From a virus (lineage: Duplodnaviria > Heunggongvirae > Uroviricota > Caudoviricetes): a DNA stretch of 64,000 nt. Position numbers and translations under genes: made by a program. The stretch is from IMG/VR virus record IMGVR_UViG_3300016467_000502, positions 12,785 through 76,784 of that record; one strand, 5' to 3'. A model generated the notes under the pieces. That model searched no databases. It had not been told where the DNA came from and saw only the letters and a program-made list of their open reading frames with translations. Positions 45,023 through 54,581 of this stretch are shown here, piece by piece; the stretch's first letter is position 1, and each line of letters opens with the position of its first letter.

Positions 45023-46078
45023 ATGGCATCATCGCTAACCAAATCCTTTGTAGCACCACCGTCTATCAGTGAGCGCTACCAGAAAGAAGATGAGTTCTTC
45101 AGTAAGCAATTTCTGATGTCTTACTCAGGACTCAATAGACTATTATACAGCCCTGCGCTGTTTTATCAGCACTATGTGCTGAAGCAACGTGATGACACCA
45201 TGGATCCTAACATGATTGAGGGCAGCCTCATTCATTGTTTGCTCCTGCATCCAGATAACTTTGACCAGCAGTTTGTCCTGTCTGTTCAAGACCCACCCAG
45301 TGACAATCCCCGCAAGGTTCTTGATACTTTGCTCATTCATCATAAAGACCTGAAGGCTCATGGTGACGCGCGTACAGAACTTAATGAGTTCAGTGACGCT
45401 ATCCTAGACATCCTTCGCGACATGAATCTGTATCAATCTCTAAAGACAGATGCTCAGCGTCTTGAAAAGATGATAACACCCCGTCATGAGGAGTACTGGC
45501 GCTATCTCACTACTATGGAAGGGAAGATTGTAGTAGGTCAAGAGACCTATGATTTCTGTAAAGCTGTAGTGGAAAAGATTACTTCAACTCCTACCGTCAT
45601 GGATCGCATGGGATACTTTGGTGACAGTTTCAACGGCATCACCAAAGAAAACGAGAAAGAGATTGTCAGCTTTCCTGAGGACCTTCCTTTTGGTCTGAGA
45701 GGATTTATTGACAACCTTGTTTTTGACCCCAACAATAAAGTCATCCGCGTAAACGACGTCAAGAAGACCAGCAAGGACCTGAACAGTTTCTCTGACAGCA
45801 TTGAATACTTCCGCTACTGGATTCAGGCAGCAATGTATGTGATGATGGTAGAGCAGCAGTATCTGTCCAAACCTGAGTATGAAGGCTGGACCATTGAGTT
45901 CAGATTCATTGTTATTGACCCGTACATGCAGATTGCGCCTGTCAAAGTAAGCGAAGAGAAGTTGAACCAGTGGATCAGTACAACAAAGGAAAAGCTGAAC
46001 GAAGCACGCTATCATTTTGAAAAGCGTGATTTTAGTTTACCCTACCAGTACCTGCTTCACGAAGAGATGACATTATGA
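45023..46078 (+). CDS. PD-(D/E)XK exonuclease (Cas4/RecB-like), probable recombination partner of Sak4
   Basis: GSLIHCLLL (motif I), GFIDNLVFD, VNDVKKT (D-x-K), QAAMYVMM (QxxxY). Confidence 0.6.
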   Translation: MASSLTKSFVAPPSISERYQKEDEFFSKQFLMSYSGLNRLLYSPALFYQHYVLKQRDDTMDPNMIEGSLIHCLLLHPDNFDQQFVLSVQDPPSDNPRKVLDTLLIHHKDLKAHGDARTELNEFSDAILDILRDMNLYQSLKTDAQRLEKMITPRHEEYWRYLTTMEGKIVVGQETYDFCKAVVEKITSTPTVMDRMGYFGDSFNGITKENEKEIVSFPEDLPFGLRGFIDNLVFDPNNKVIRVNDVKKTSKDLNSFSDSIEYFRYWIQAAMYVMMVEQQYLSKPEYEGWTIEFRFIVIDPYMQIAPVKVSEEKLNQWISTTKEKLNEARYHFEKRDFSLPYQYLLHEEMTL

Positions 46079-46626
46079 TATCTGAAATTTATAGAAAATA
46101 CTTTCAAAAGTCTTACACGTTTCTGTACCCGCTTCTTGGATTCCACAAAACTAAACACCCCAAACCTGACCAAACCTATGTGTCATGGAACGGGGCATTT
46201 AGTACGGAGGACCGCAAGCTGGCGTGTGTATTTGAGAAAGAAGACACGGATGCCTGGCGTAAGTTTGAAACTGAGGTGTTGATTACCCACAAGTTTTTAG
46301 ACTACTGCCAGCCTATTGACGACAAGTACATTGTATATGTGTTTGACCTGAACAGCATAGCGGAAGATTACGACAACTTTGTTGCCGGCAAGTACTCACG
46401 CATGAGTCAACAGGCCAAGAAGATGCTTACTGACTATTACGGTGTACACACTCCAGAGTGGGTGTACATTGAAAGCTTTCTGTTTCCAGAGAAGTACTTT
46501 AAGCAATACGCTGATATCCTTGACATAGATGAAGATCTACTTAAAGAGGTAGGCGAGCTTTGTGAAAAGTACGACCCGGTGCAGGAAGACTATGCTAACT
46601 CTGAAATATTAACCAACAATCCATAA
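46075..46626 (+). CDS. hypothetical protein
   Basis: 183 aa ORF. Confidence 0.5.
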   Translation: MISEIYRKYFQKSYTFLYPLLGFHKTKHPKPDQTYVSWNGAFSTEDRKLACVFEKEDTDAWRKFETEVLITHKFLDYCQPIDDKYIVYVFDLNSIAEDYDNFVAGKYSRMSQQAKKMLTDYYGVHTPEWVYIESFLFPEKYFKQYADILDIDEDLLKEVGELCEKYDPVQEDYANSEILTNNP

Positions 46627-46631
46627 CAGCT

Positions 46632-47030
46632 ATGCAAAACATGCTTGCTTACAGTACAGATTGGTACGGACACAAGACGTTCCGTTTGATGCCAGTCACT
46701 ACCGATTGCCCATTTGTAGAGGCAATCTATGATCCATCCACAAAAGTGCTTGCCATCATTGGTAAGACTTCCATGGAAAAACCCCTCATGTTACCCAAGT
46801 TGAACGACAAGGGTCAGACCATTCCGTTAAAGAATGGCGGTCAAGGTGTAGTAGAAGAGCGTCGTATCATGACGACCTTCACTGAGTACTACATGGACAA
46901 CACAGACGACGTGGTGGGTTTCATCAAACGTTTTGTGGTCAACCCTGATGCTGAATTTATTCAGAACGCGTTGTTTCCTAACCCTCAACAATCAGTAGAA
47001 CAAGAACAGCTACCTGACCAGGAGGGATAA
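46632..47030 (+). CDS. hypothetical protein
   Basis: 132 aa ORF. Confidence 0.5.
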   Translation: MQNMLAYSTDWYGHKTFRLMPVTTDCPFVEAIYDPSTKVLAIIGKTSMEKPLMLPKLNDKGQTIPLKNGGQGVVEERRIMTTFTEYYMDNTDDVVGFIKRFVVNPDAEFIQNALFPNPQQSVEQEQLPDQEG

Positions 47031-47033
47031 AGT

Positions 47034-49013
47034 ATGAGACAGCGAAAGTTCTGGGTAATGGACCTAGAAACCATAGTCAACTGCTTTATCGCTGTGTTTG
47101 AGGACGTCTTCAGCGAAGAGCGTAAAGTCTTTGTGGTAGGTCCCTATCAGAATGACATGCGCTCTTTCACGGAGTTCCTCATGGAGTCACGGGCAAGCAA
47201 TGATTGGCACTTTGGTTTCAATAACCTGGCGTTTGACGCGCAAATAACTGAATACATACTAGCCAACCAGGAAATGTTCTGCCGCACAGATATAGACGCG
47301 GAAACATATACGACGGTTATATACCAGTATGCTCAATCTGTCATTGAGAAATCTAGAAATGGTGAGTTCCTTGACTACCCAGAATTCAAACTGTCCATAC
47401 CTTGTGTGGATATCTTCAAGCTCAACCATTGGGACAACCGCGCCAAGAGCAGCAGTCTCAAGTGGATTCAGTTCTCTATGGACTGGCACAACGTAGAAGA
47501 GATGCCCCATCAGCACTATGAACATGTGCGTGACCGGCAGACCGTAGACATGGTAGTGAGTTACTGTATCAACGACGTGCAAAGCACCAAGTCGATCTTC
47601 AACAGGACCAACCCCAAAGGAGAAAAGGTCATGTTCTCTCAGATCAATTTGCGTGCAGAGCTGAGTAAGCGATACGGTATCAAACTCTACAGTGCTTCTG
47701 AGCCACGGATATCCAAGGAGATATTCCTGTACTTCCTGAGTGAAAAGCTGGGGAAGGACAAGAAGGTGATTCGCAACATGCGCACCCCGCGTGATCAGGT
47801 TGTGGTCCGCGAAATCCTGCTCCCCTACATCAAGTTTGACACACCGGAATTTATTGCGGTGCACAACTGGTTCAAAGCGCTCACCATAGACACAACAATG
47901 GATATGGATGAGCTGGAGAAAAAGAAGGGTCCCAAGTACAGGATGAATTACCGCAAGGTCCCAACGGATTACGCGCTGGGTGGTCTGCATGGTTGTATTG
48001 CTTCTGGTATCTATGAAGCAAAAGACAACAAGATTATTCTGTCAGCAGACGTAACGAGCTTCTACCCTAACCTGGCAATCAGGAACAAGTGGTCACCAGC
48101 TCACCTGCCTAAGCATGAATTCTGTGAACTGTATGAATGGTTCTTTGAGGAACGTAAAAAGTATGACAAGAAAGATCCGCTGAACTACCTGTTCAAGATC
48201 ATCCTGAACGCGACCTATGGTCTGAGTAAGGATAAACACTCTTTTCTGTATGACCCGGAGTTCACCTTCCGCATCACCATCAACGGGCAGCTCTTGCTGA
48301 GCATGCTCTACGAGATGTTGGCTACCAGGATACCTGGCGCCCAGCCACTGATGCAGAACACGGACGGTCTGGAGTTCATGATAGACAAAGAACATGAAGG
48401 ATTGTTTTACCAGATTTGCAAGGAGTGGGAAGAAATGACCAGCCTGCAACTGGAAACTGTAGAGTACAGCAAGATGATCATTGGAGACGTCAACAACTAC
48501 ATTGCTGTATTCAAAGATGGCAAGACAAAATGCAAGGGTCGGTTTGAGTTTGATGAACTCGCCCTGCATAAAAACAAGAGTATGCTGATCATCCCCAAGG
48601 CATGGTTTGCATACTTCATACACGGCACAGATCCCAAAGAGTTCCTTGCGAACAACCGGGACATTCATGACTACTGTGCAGGTGCTAAGCTGAAAGGCGA
48701 CTGGTTCTTCATCCGTCAGTATGTGCAAGACGGAACTTACCAGGAGGAGACTCTCAAAAAGCTGGTGCGTTACTACAATTCCCGCAAGGGGTCCAAGCTG
48801 ATCAAGGCCAATCCTGACGGACGCCAGATGCAGCTGGAAAGTGGCAGCATCCACCAGACCATTTTCAACAAGTTCCAGGATAAGACCTGGGAGGAGCATG
48901 ACGTGGATGAGAAGTACTACCTGGACAAGATCTATGATGAGATCGCCAAGATTGAGAAAGAAGCACCTGTTTTACCAGCACATTTAGTAAACCAACAATT
49001 AAGTCTGTTCTGA
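47034..49013 (+). CDS. DNA polymerase, family B, with 3'-5' proofreading exonuclease (compact, 659 aa)
   Basis: Exo I MDLE, Exo II FNNLAFD, Exo III YCINDV; Pol A DVTSFYPNL, Pol B KIILNATYG, Pol C NTDGLEF. Confidence 0.7.
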   Translation: MRQRKFWVMDLETIVNCFIAVFEDVFSEERKVFVVGPYQNDMRSFTEFLMESRASNDWHFGFNNLAFDAQITEYILANQEMFCRTDIDAETYTTVIYQYAQSVIEKSRNGEFLDYPEFKLSIPCVDIFKLNHWDNRAKSSSLKWIQFSMDWHNVEEMPHQHYEHVRDRQTVDMVVSYCINDVQSTKSIFNRTNPKGEKVMFSQINLRAELSKRYGIKLYSASEPRISKEIFLYFLSEKLGKDKKVIRNMRTPRDQVVVREILLPYIKFDTPEFIAVHNWFKALTIDTTMDMDELEKKKGPKYRMNYRKVPTDYALGGLHGCIASGIYEAKDNKIILSADVTSFYPNLAIRNKWSPAHLPKHEFCELYEWFFEERKKYDKKDPLNYLFKIILNATYGLSKDKHSFLYDPEFTFRITINGQLLLSMLYEMLATRIPGAQPLMQNTDGLEFMIDKEHEGLFYQICKEWEEMTSLQLETVEYSKMIIGDVNNYIAVFKDGKTKCKGRFEFDELALHKNKSMLIIPKAWFAYFIHGTDPKEFLANNRDIHDYCAGAKLKGDWFFIRQYVQDGTYQEETLKKLVRYYNSRKGSKLIKANPDGRQMQLESGSIHQTIFNKFQDKTWEEHDVDEKYYLDKIYDEIAKIEKEAPVLPAHLVNQQLSLF

Positions 49014-49014
49014 C

Positions 49015-49791
49015 ATGAAAAAAACTATGAGCGGCATGCCTGCGTATGCCACCATCTTGGGCGCAACATTGCCTGAGAAAACTGAAACTTACACACCTAT
49101 ATCTCACGTATCTGTCATCAACCGTGTCAGAAGTGAGATCACAAGCGCTGGCTATTTTATCACCGGTGAAGAGTATCGCTGCTCCAACAACGGTGAAATT
49201 GCGGTGGGCTCGTTCCGCCTGAACTACAAGAGTGACCCAGACATTGAATTGTCTGCCAATTTCTTGAACTCTTACAACAAGCAGTACGCCTTCAGGTTTA
49301 ACCTAGGCGGCATGGTGAAGGTCTGCATGAATGGCATGATGCTGAACAACAACAAGTTTGCTGCTTACCGTCGTGTGCACACTGGAGCTGCAGACTCGCT
49401 TGCCGAAGGTACAATCTCTGGCGCTATTAAAGACGCTGAAGAGTACTGGAACACGCTTGTTAAGCATAAAGAATTATTCAAGGACGAGCTTCTGACAAGC
49501 ACCAATCAGCATGATATCCTGGGCGAGCTCTTCTTTAACCAGGAATTGCTTACCGGCATGCAGATGAACATCATCAAAAGCGAGATGAAGAAGCCAAGCT
49601 TTGACTACAAAGTGGACGCTGATTCTGCCTGGGCATTGTACAATCACATTACCCTGGCACTGAAGGAAACCCATCCTGCTGACTGGATGAACGCACAAGG
49701 CGACGTGCACGCGTTGTTTGAACGCATGCTCATTGGTGAACCTGCCGTTGCAGAGTATCCGCTGCCTATAGAAGCAGCATTTCACGCATAA
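49015..49791 (+). CDS. hypothetical protein
   Basis: 258 aa ORF. Confidence 0.5.
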   Translation: MKKTMSGMPAYATILGATLPEKTETYTPISHVSVINRVRSEITSAGYFITGEEYRCSNNGEIAVGSFRLNYKSDPDIELSANFLNSYNKQYAFRFNLGGMVKVCMNGMMLNNNKFAAYRRVHTGAADSLAEGTISGAIKDAEEYWNTLVKHKELFKDELLTSTNQHDILGELFFNQELLTGMQMNIIKSEMKKPSFDYKVDADSAWALYNHITLALKETHPADWMNAQGDVHALFERMLIGEPAVAEYPLPIEAAFHA

Positions 49792-49798
49792 TAAGAAA

Positions 49799-49829
49799 CG
49801 CCAGTCACTCCGGTGGCTGGCTTTTTTTC
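49799..49829 (+). terminator. rho-independent terminator
   Basis: gccagtcactccggtggctggctttttttct. Confidence 0.6.
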
Positions 49830-49837
49830 TACTACCT

Positions 49838-49996
49838 ATGAAGAAAGACATGATCTATGAGGAGTTCTGCAAGGTAGCAGAACGACCCTCCCGCACCAAC
49901 AAGGTGTATCTCTTGATGCGTTACCTCAGGCTGAAGTACCGGATCACCATTGACAAAACAAGCTTAGTAAAACGCATTAAGACCTGGACCAAATGA
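49838..49996 (+). CDS. small hypothetical protein (52 aa)
   Basis: Hand-translated MKKDMIYEEFCKVAERPSRTNKVYLLMRYLRLKYRITIDKTSLVKRIKTWTK. Confidence 0.35.
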   Translation: MKKDMIYEEFCKVAERPSRTNKVYLLMRYLRLKYRITIDKTSLVKRIKTWTK

Positions 49997-50058
49997 ACAC
50001 CAACCTGATTGGCATTTCTGGCAAAATCGTTTCTGGGCTTGCAAACTGACTACATATT

Positions 50059-50799
50059 ATGTATATTCTTGATATGAATACTACACATATTTACGTACTT
50101 ATTGACCCAAGAACTGATGAAGTCAGGTATGTAGGAAAAGCAAACAATGTTTCACAGAGATATAAAGCTCATCTGAACAGAGCAAGAAAACACCAGGTGC
50201 ATAAAGCAAACTGGATTAAAGCTCTGACACAAGAAAAGTTGAAACCAATTGTAGAAGTTGTTGACACTGTTAACATTGAAGACTGGGTTTTTTGGGAATC
50301 GTATTGGATCAGCCAGTTTAGAACCTGGGGATTCAATCTACTAAACTACACACACGGTGGAGAAGGTACAACATTTGGCAATCAAACCTCATTTAGTAAA
50401 GGCAACAAACCTTGGAATAGAGGTAAAGGTCATACAAAAGCATGTGAGGTATGCGGTAATTCTTTCAATGTACATCCTGCAAGCAGTAAAAAACGAAGGA
50501 CATGCTCACATGAATGTTCTAAACATCTTACTACTAAGCAGTTAAATCCTAATAGATTTTCAAAAGGTGCACGGGCATGGAATAAAAACTTGCAAGGATA
50601 TAAGATTGGCGGTTTGAAAAAATCGTTACCAGTTCTACAATACACATTAGATGGAACATTTGTTCAAGAATTTGCAGGTTGTAAAGAAGCTGCACAAAGC
50701 ATGAACTGCATACCTGAAAACATCAGAAGAGCCTGTGTAGGCAAAAGCAAAACAGCTAAAAATTTTATATGGAAATACAAATATGAAACACAACACTAA
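50059..50799 (+). CDS. GIY-YIG homing endonuclease with C-terminal zinc finger/NUMOD-like region (freestanding)
   Basis: HIYVLIDPRTDEVRYVGKA...RYKAH (GIY-YIG), CEVCGNSF...CSHECSKH. Confidence 0.65.
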   Translation: MYILDMNTTHIYVLIDPRTDEVRYVGKANNVSQRYKAHLNRARKHQVHKANWIKALTQEKLKPIVEVVDTVNIEDWVFWESYWISQFRTWGFNLLNYTHGGEGTTFGNQTSFSKGNKPWNRGKGHTKACEVCGNSFNVHPASSKKRRTCSHECSKHLTTKQLNPNRFSKGARAWNKNLQGYKIGGLKKSLPVLQYTLDGTFVQEFAGCKEAAQSMNCIPENIRRACVGKSKTAKNFIWKYKYETQH

Positions 50800-51568
50800 C
50801 CTCATTGGGATTAGCGGGAAGCTAAACAGTGGGAAAGACACAGTAGCTGCTATCATTCAGTTTCTTACAGCTGAAGACCGTTCAGCAGTTTGTGAAGACC
50901 TGCTCAAAAACGGCAGAAGTATTCAAGGACATCACAACAGCAGATATGAAATCAAAAAGTTTGCAGGCAAGCTGAAGACCATAGCGTCCTTGCTTACAGG
51001 TATTCCTGTAGAGAAGTTTGAAGACCAAGAGTTCAAGAAAGAATACCTGGGTGAAGAGTGGAGTGTGCATGTGTGGAACGACCCAGACCCAATTGAAGAC
51101 AATGATTATCGCATTACCTCTCGTGTACAGTATGAAGGCGACACATCGCTGATTACTTATAATGAAGGTTATAGCGAAGCAGAAGTCTTTGATGATGAAA
51201 TTGAAGAAATACCTATGACAGTACGCGAACTTTTGCAGAAACTAGGTACTGAAGCTATGCGTGAGGGATTGCATCGAAACGTATGGGTCAACGCATTGTT
51301 TGCTGATTACAGACCCATCAAGCTTTCCCAGGACGACCCCAGCTACTGGCTGGTGACTGACACGCGCTTCCCCAATGAGGCAGAAGCCATTACTGAACGC
51401 GGCGGAATCCTGCTGCGCATTGAGCGTCCCGGTGCATCCACCGGTGACCACCCGTCTGAGACGGCACTTGACGACTACCCGTTTGAACATGTGATCATGA
51501 ACGACGGTGACTTAAACGACCTGATCAACAAGGTCAGGTATTTCTTAACTCAACAAAACATCATCTGA
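50783..51568 (+). CDS. deoxynucleoside monophosphate kinase (T4 gp1-like)
   Basis: LIGISGKLNSGKDTVAAII: P-loop in a dNMP-kinase context. Confidence 0.55.
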   Translation: MKHNTNLIGISGKLNSGKDTVAAIIQFLTAEDRSAVCEDLLKNGRSIQGHHNSRYEIKKFAGKLKTIASLLTGIPVEKFEDQEFKKEYLGEEWSVHVWNDPDPIEDNDYRITSRVQYEGDTSLITYNEGYSEAEVFDDEIEEIPMTVRELLQKLGTEAMREGLHRNVWVNALFADYRPIKLSQDDPSYWLVTDTRFPNEAEAITERGGILLRIERPGASTGDHPSETALDDYPFEHVIMNDGDLNDLINKVRYFLTQQNII

Positions 51569-51569
51569 T

Positions 51570-52115
51570 ATGGGACTAGATATGTACCTCACCAAGAAAA
51601 CATACATTGGTGCTGAATACGAACACCGTGAAGTGAAAGCGGACATCAACATTACTGTCATGGGCAAACCCGTGAAGATTGACCCTAAGAAAGTCTCCTA
51701 CATCCAGGAGTCTGCCATGTACTGGCGCAAAGCCAATCACATCCACAACTGGTTTGTCCAAAACATACAGGACGGTGACGACAACTGTGCAGAATACCCT
51801 GTGTCCAGGGAAGAACTGAAAGCGTTGCTTGACACCTGTAAGAAGGTTGCGAACTCGCTGAAAGAATCACCTACTACCAAGAAGAAGTTCAAGATCGGTT
51901 TTAGTGGTGGCAAAGATCTCTTTGAAGACTACGACGTGTTTACCAATACGGAAGTAGCTGAAGAGCTGCCGCCTACGAGCTCAGGATTCTTCTTTGGTGG
52001 CACCGAGTATGGTCGTTACTACCTGAAAGACCTGGAAGAAACCATTAAGGGGCTTGAAGAGATCTTGGCAGACACAGACACCAACGCTTCCTACTACTAC
52101 CAATCTTCATGGTAA
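51570..52115 (+). CDS. hypothetical protein
   Basis: 181 aa ORF. Confidence 0.5.
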   Translation: MGLDMYLTKKTYIGAEYEHREVKADINITVMGKPVKIDPKKVSYIQESAMYWRKANHIHNWFVQNIQDGDDNCAEYPVSREELKALLDTCKKVANSLKESPTTKKKFKIGFSGGKDLFEDYDVFTNTEVAEELPPTSSGFFFGGTEYGRYYLKDLEETIKGLEEILADTDTNASYYYQSSW

Positions 52116-52226
52116 AATTAATCCGTACCCTATACTACGCGTCGCCCTGGTATGCTCTCAAGTCGTGGTTCACCACCCTTGATGAGCTTGCCAGTCCGGC
52201 GTTGTACAAACCTAAATCTTAATCTT

Positions 52227-52553
52227 ATGAGACACTACGTTGTGAATACTGAAGATGACAGTATTGAATACTACATTGACAAAACGGAGGATGAGAACAC
52301 CGGGCATGACGTCTGGCAACTTACCCGCAGCAAAAGCCATGACTGGTCTGAACCAGCAAGAGGTGAAGCTATCCTTACTATCATTGACGACGGCAACGGG
52401 TTCAAAGTCAAGTGGGCAGAGAAGCCTGAAAAGAACCGCCTGAATTATTCCCAGATGCGGGAGCTTCAGATGCTGCTGACCCACATCCAGCGTCAAAGCC
52501 CGATTGCTGATCCTGTGATCCTGTTGGAACACAGCGATAAGCTGCGTATGTAA
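52227..52553 (+). CDS. hypothetical protein
   Basis: Internal ATG start (MRHYVVN...) after TTAATCTTATG. Confidence 0.45.
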   Translation: MRHYVVNTEDDSIEYYIDKTEDENTGHDVWQLTRSKSHDWSEPARGEAILTIIDDGNGFKVKWAEKPEKNRLNYSQMRELQMLLTHIQRQSPIADPVILLEHSDKLRM

Positions 52554-52625
52554 ACACAAAACCCCCACCGTTGTGAGGGCTTTGCGGAAGAAACCAACTA
52601 TAAACAAACTACTGAAGTAGTCTTT

Positions 52626-53285
52626 TTAGCTTAAGCTTTTGAGCATCTCCACCATCTTAGGATGCGGGTAGATGTCTACTTTGTCTTTTCTGACAGAGTT
52701 ATGGGTAAACACTCCTGCCTCTCCTTTGAGAGCGCGGGGTGTTACATCCCAGATGTCCTCATCATATGTGAGAGGAATACCGTACTTGTTTTTCCACAAC
52801 AACAAAAGTTGTCTGGTTGACTCGATCTGTTTGTCTGTGTAGTTGTGATAGAACTTGTGCCCTTTGTAAGGAGTTGCAAGTTCACAGACTTCATCTGCCG
52901 GAACTTCCTTGCCCACGTAGTTATAGAACTTACCGTTCTTTTGCGTGAGCTGTCCCCAGCAACATATCTCGATACCAATGCTGTTTTTGTCCAAAGCTCT
53001 GTAAGGCACCTTGTGTGTTTTAAATACAGACTCTTTGACACCCAGGTGGTACGCCCAGTACTTGGAAGAAAATCCCTGTACGATTTGACCATCTAGTTCT
53101 GGCTTGCCAGGAATCTTACCAGTGATGGTTACACAGGTAGCAATACGTTCAGGATTGCTGGCCCATGCTCTAAATACAGCTTCACCATCAGCATTGCCTG
53201 CTGTATGATGAATATAAATCTGTGTCTTTCTGTGTTCTTCCTGCAGATACTGTCCTGCGGGAAACTCTACTTGTTTGATATTCAT
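52626..53285 (-). CDS. N-acetylmuramoyl-L-alanine amidase (Amidase_2/PGRP; endolysin candidate)
   Basis: TQIYIHHTAGNADGEAVFRAWASN is an Amidase_2 HHTAG-type motif. Confidence 0.6.
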   Translation of the reverse strand: MNIKQVEFPAGQYLQEEHRKTQIYIHHTAGNADGEAVFRAWASNPERIATCVTITGKIPGKPELDGQIVQGFSSKYWAYHLGVKESVFKTHKVPYRALDKNSIGIEICCWGQLTQKNGKFYNYVGKEVPADEVCELATPYKGHKFYHNYTDKQIESTRQLLLLWKNKYGIPLTYDEDIWDVTPRALKGEAGVFTHNSVRKDKVDIYPHPKMVEMLKSLS

Positions 53286-53289
53286 AGGA

Positions 53290-53913
53290 TTAGCGTTTAA
53301 ATGAAATCTTCCAGTAACTGGATAGCATGTAAGTCATGACGCCACGATTGTCCAGACCTGCGCTGAGACCAAAGATTTGGTCTTTCTTGTTCTTAAAAAG
53401 AACGCCTGCCTGTACGTTGGTGATGGCAACAGGATAGGTAGCGCCAACGGCACCACCTACATACACCTGTCGCTTGGGTGGTAGTGGAATAGTCTTAGTG
53501 ATTGTGATTGTAGGAATTTTGTATTTGTGGTTGTACATCCGCTGAGCCAGCATGTTCTTGCGGACAGTGTCTGTCAGAACCATAAACCCAATAGAGTCAA
53601 TGTAGACAGTGTCCTGGTAAATATTCTTACTGGCATATTGTAACACCAAGTATTCATACTGCTTTTTAAGCGCGGCATAGTTAGTATCAGGAACCATCCA
53701 TGGTTCTTTGATATACTGTGTGTCCGTCTTGGTCTTAGTGACCGTCTTGGTTTCTGTAAGGGTAATGTACTTGTAGGTGGTATCTACCTCCACACCTGGC
53801 TTTTCAGGCTGTACAGGCTCAGGACACTTAGGTGTACACGCACGCTGAAGTAAAATGATAAACACCAGGACAAGAATGATCCCGGTGAAGAAGCTGGTTT
53901 TGCGGTCTATCAT
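53290..53913 (-). CDS. membrane-anchored protein in lysis cassette (spanin-like candidate)
   Basis: N-terminal TM FFTGIILVLVFIILL followed by Cys and a Pro-rich segment; located between amidase and holin-like genes. Confidence 0.4.
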   Translation of the reverse strand: MIDRKTSFFTGIILVLVFIILLQRACTPKCPEPVQPEKPGVEVDTTYKYITLTETKTVTKTKTDTQYIKEPWMVPDTNYAALKKQYEYLVLQYASKNIYQDTVYIDSIGFMVLTDTVRKNMLAQRMYNHKYKIPTITITKTIPLPPKRQVYVGGAVGATYPVAITNVQAGVLFKNKKDQIFGLSAGLDNRGVMTYMLSSYWKISFKR

Positions 53914-53918
53914 AGGGG

Positions 53919-54443
53919 TTATATATCAGGAGTATCCTCTTTCTTTTTCTGATTTGGTTCTGCATCTTCTCCCATAGCATCCACCAGGTCATCGCTCTTG
54001 CGGCCAATGATGGTCTTGATGCGACTCCAGATATCCTGCTTGGTTACAGCTTCTATACTTTCTATGATACTCTTGAACTCTATAATTGCGATTACTGTGC
54101 CTATGAGTTTGGCTACAGGAATCATATCTGTGATAACATACTTTTCAATCAGGAACCCTGATATGATTGCCAATTGATAAAGCAGCAGTTTAGTGACAGT
54201 GTCACTCATACGTCTTGAACGTATGCGCTGTTTGAGTTTTAAAGCTTTCCATACACCAACCACCAGGTCAGCGCCCACAAGAAATCCGACTGTGAGCATG
54301 AGCTCTTTGATTGGCAAAAGGATAGACAAGCTAGCTAAAAACCAGATCTTGATTTTCATAAGAAACGCAAAATTCATATTGTAGAGATAAGAAATTGTTC
54401 TCCACCACCCTCTACAAGAATATACACAATAATGCTGAGACAT
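53919..54443 (-). CDS. multi-pass membrane protein (holin candidate)
   Basis: Three hydrophobic helices and a charged C-terminus; adjacent to the amidase. True start probably the internal Met (MNFAFLMK...). Confidence 0.4.
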   Translation of the reverse strand: MSQHYCVYSCRGWWRTISYLYNMNFAFLMKIKIWFLASLSILLPIKELMLTVGFLVGADLVVGVWKALKLKQRIRSRRMSDTVTKLLLYQLAIISGFLIEKYVITDMIPVAKLIGTVIAIIEFKSIIESIEAVTKQDIWSRIKTIIGRKSDDLVDAMGEDAEPNQKKKEDTPDI

Positions 54444-54490
54444 TGGTCACTTAAAAAACTTAATTAGTTATGTACCTAATGTGTGGAAAT

Positions 54491-54545
54491 TATTTTGTAG
54501 ACTATAGATGCAGGTCTACAAATGGCTACTATATTTGCAGCCCTC
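54491..54545. promoter_or_regulatory. divergent promoter region with TTGTAGAC...GTCTACAA inverted repeat
   Basis: attttgtagactatagatgcaggtctacaaatgg, then tatatttgcag (TAnnTTTG-like). Confidence 0.45.
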
Positions 54546-54581
54546 TTTTAAGAATTTACACTAACACCTAATTCTAACCTT

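Noticed and set aside
47259-48899. Two long minus-strand ORFs (243 and 268 aa) inside the DNA polymerase gene
   Set aside because: Antisense to a gene with complete PolB motif set. Compositionally biased (L/V/H/Q).
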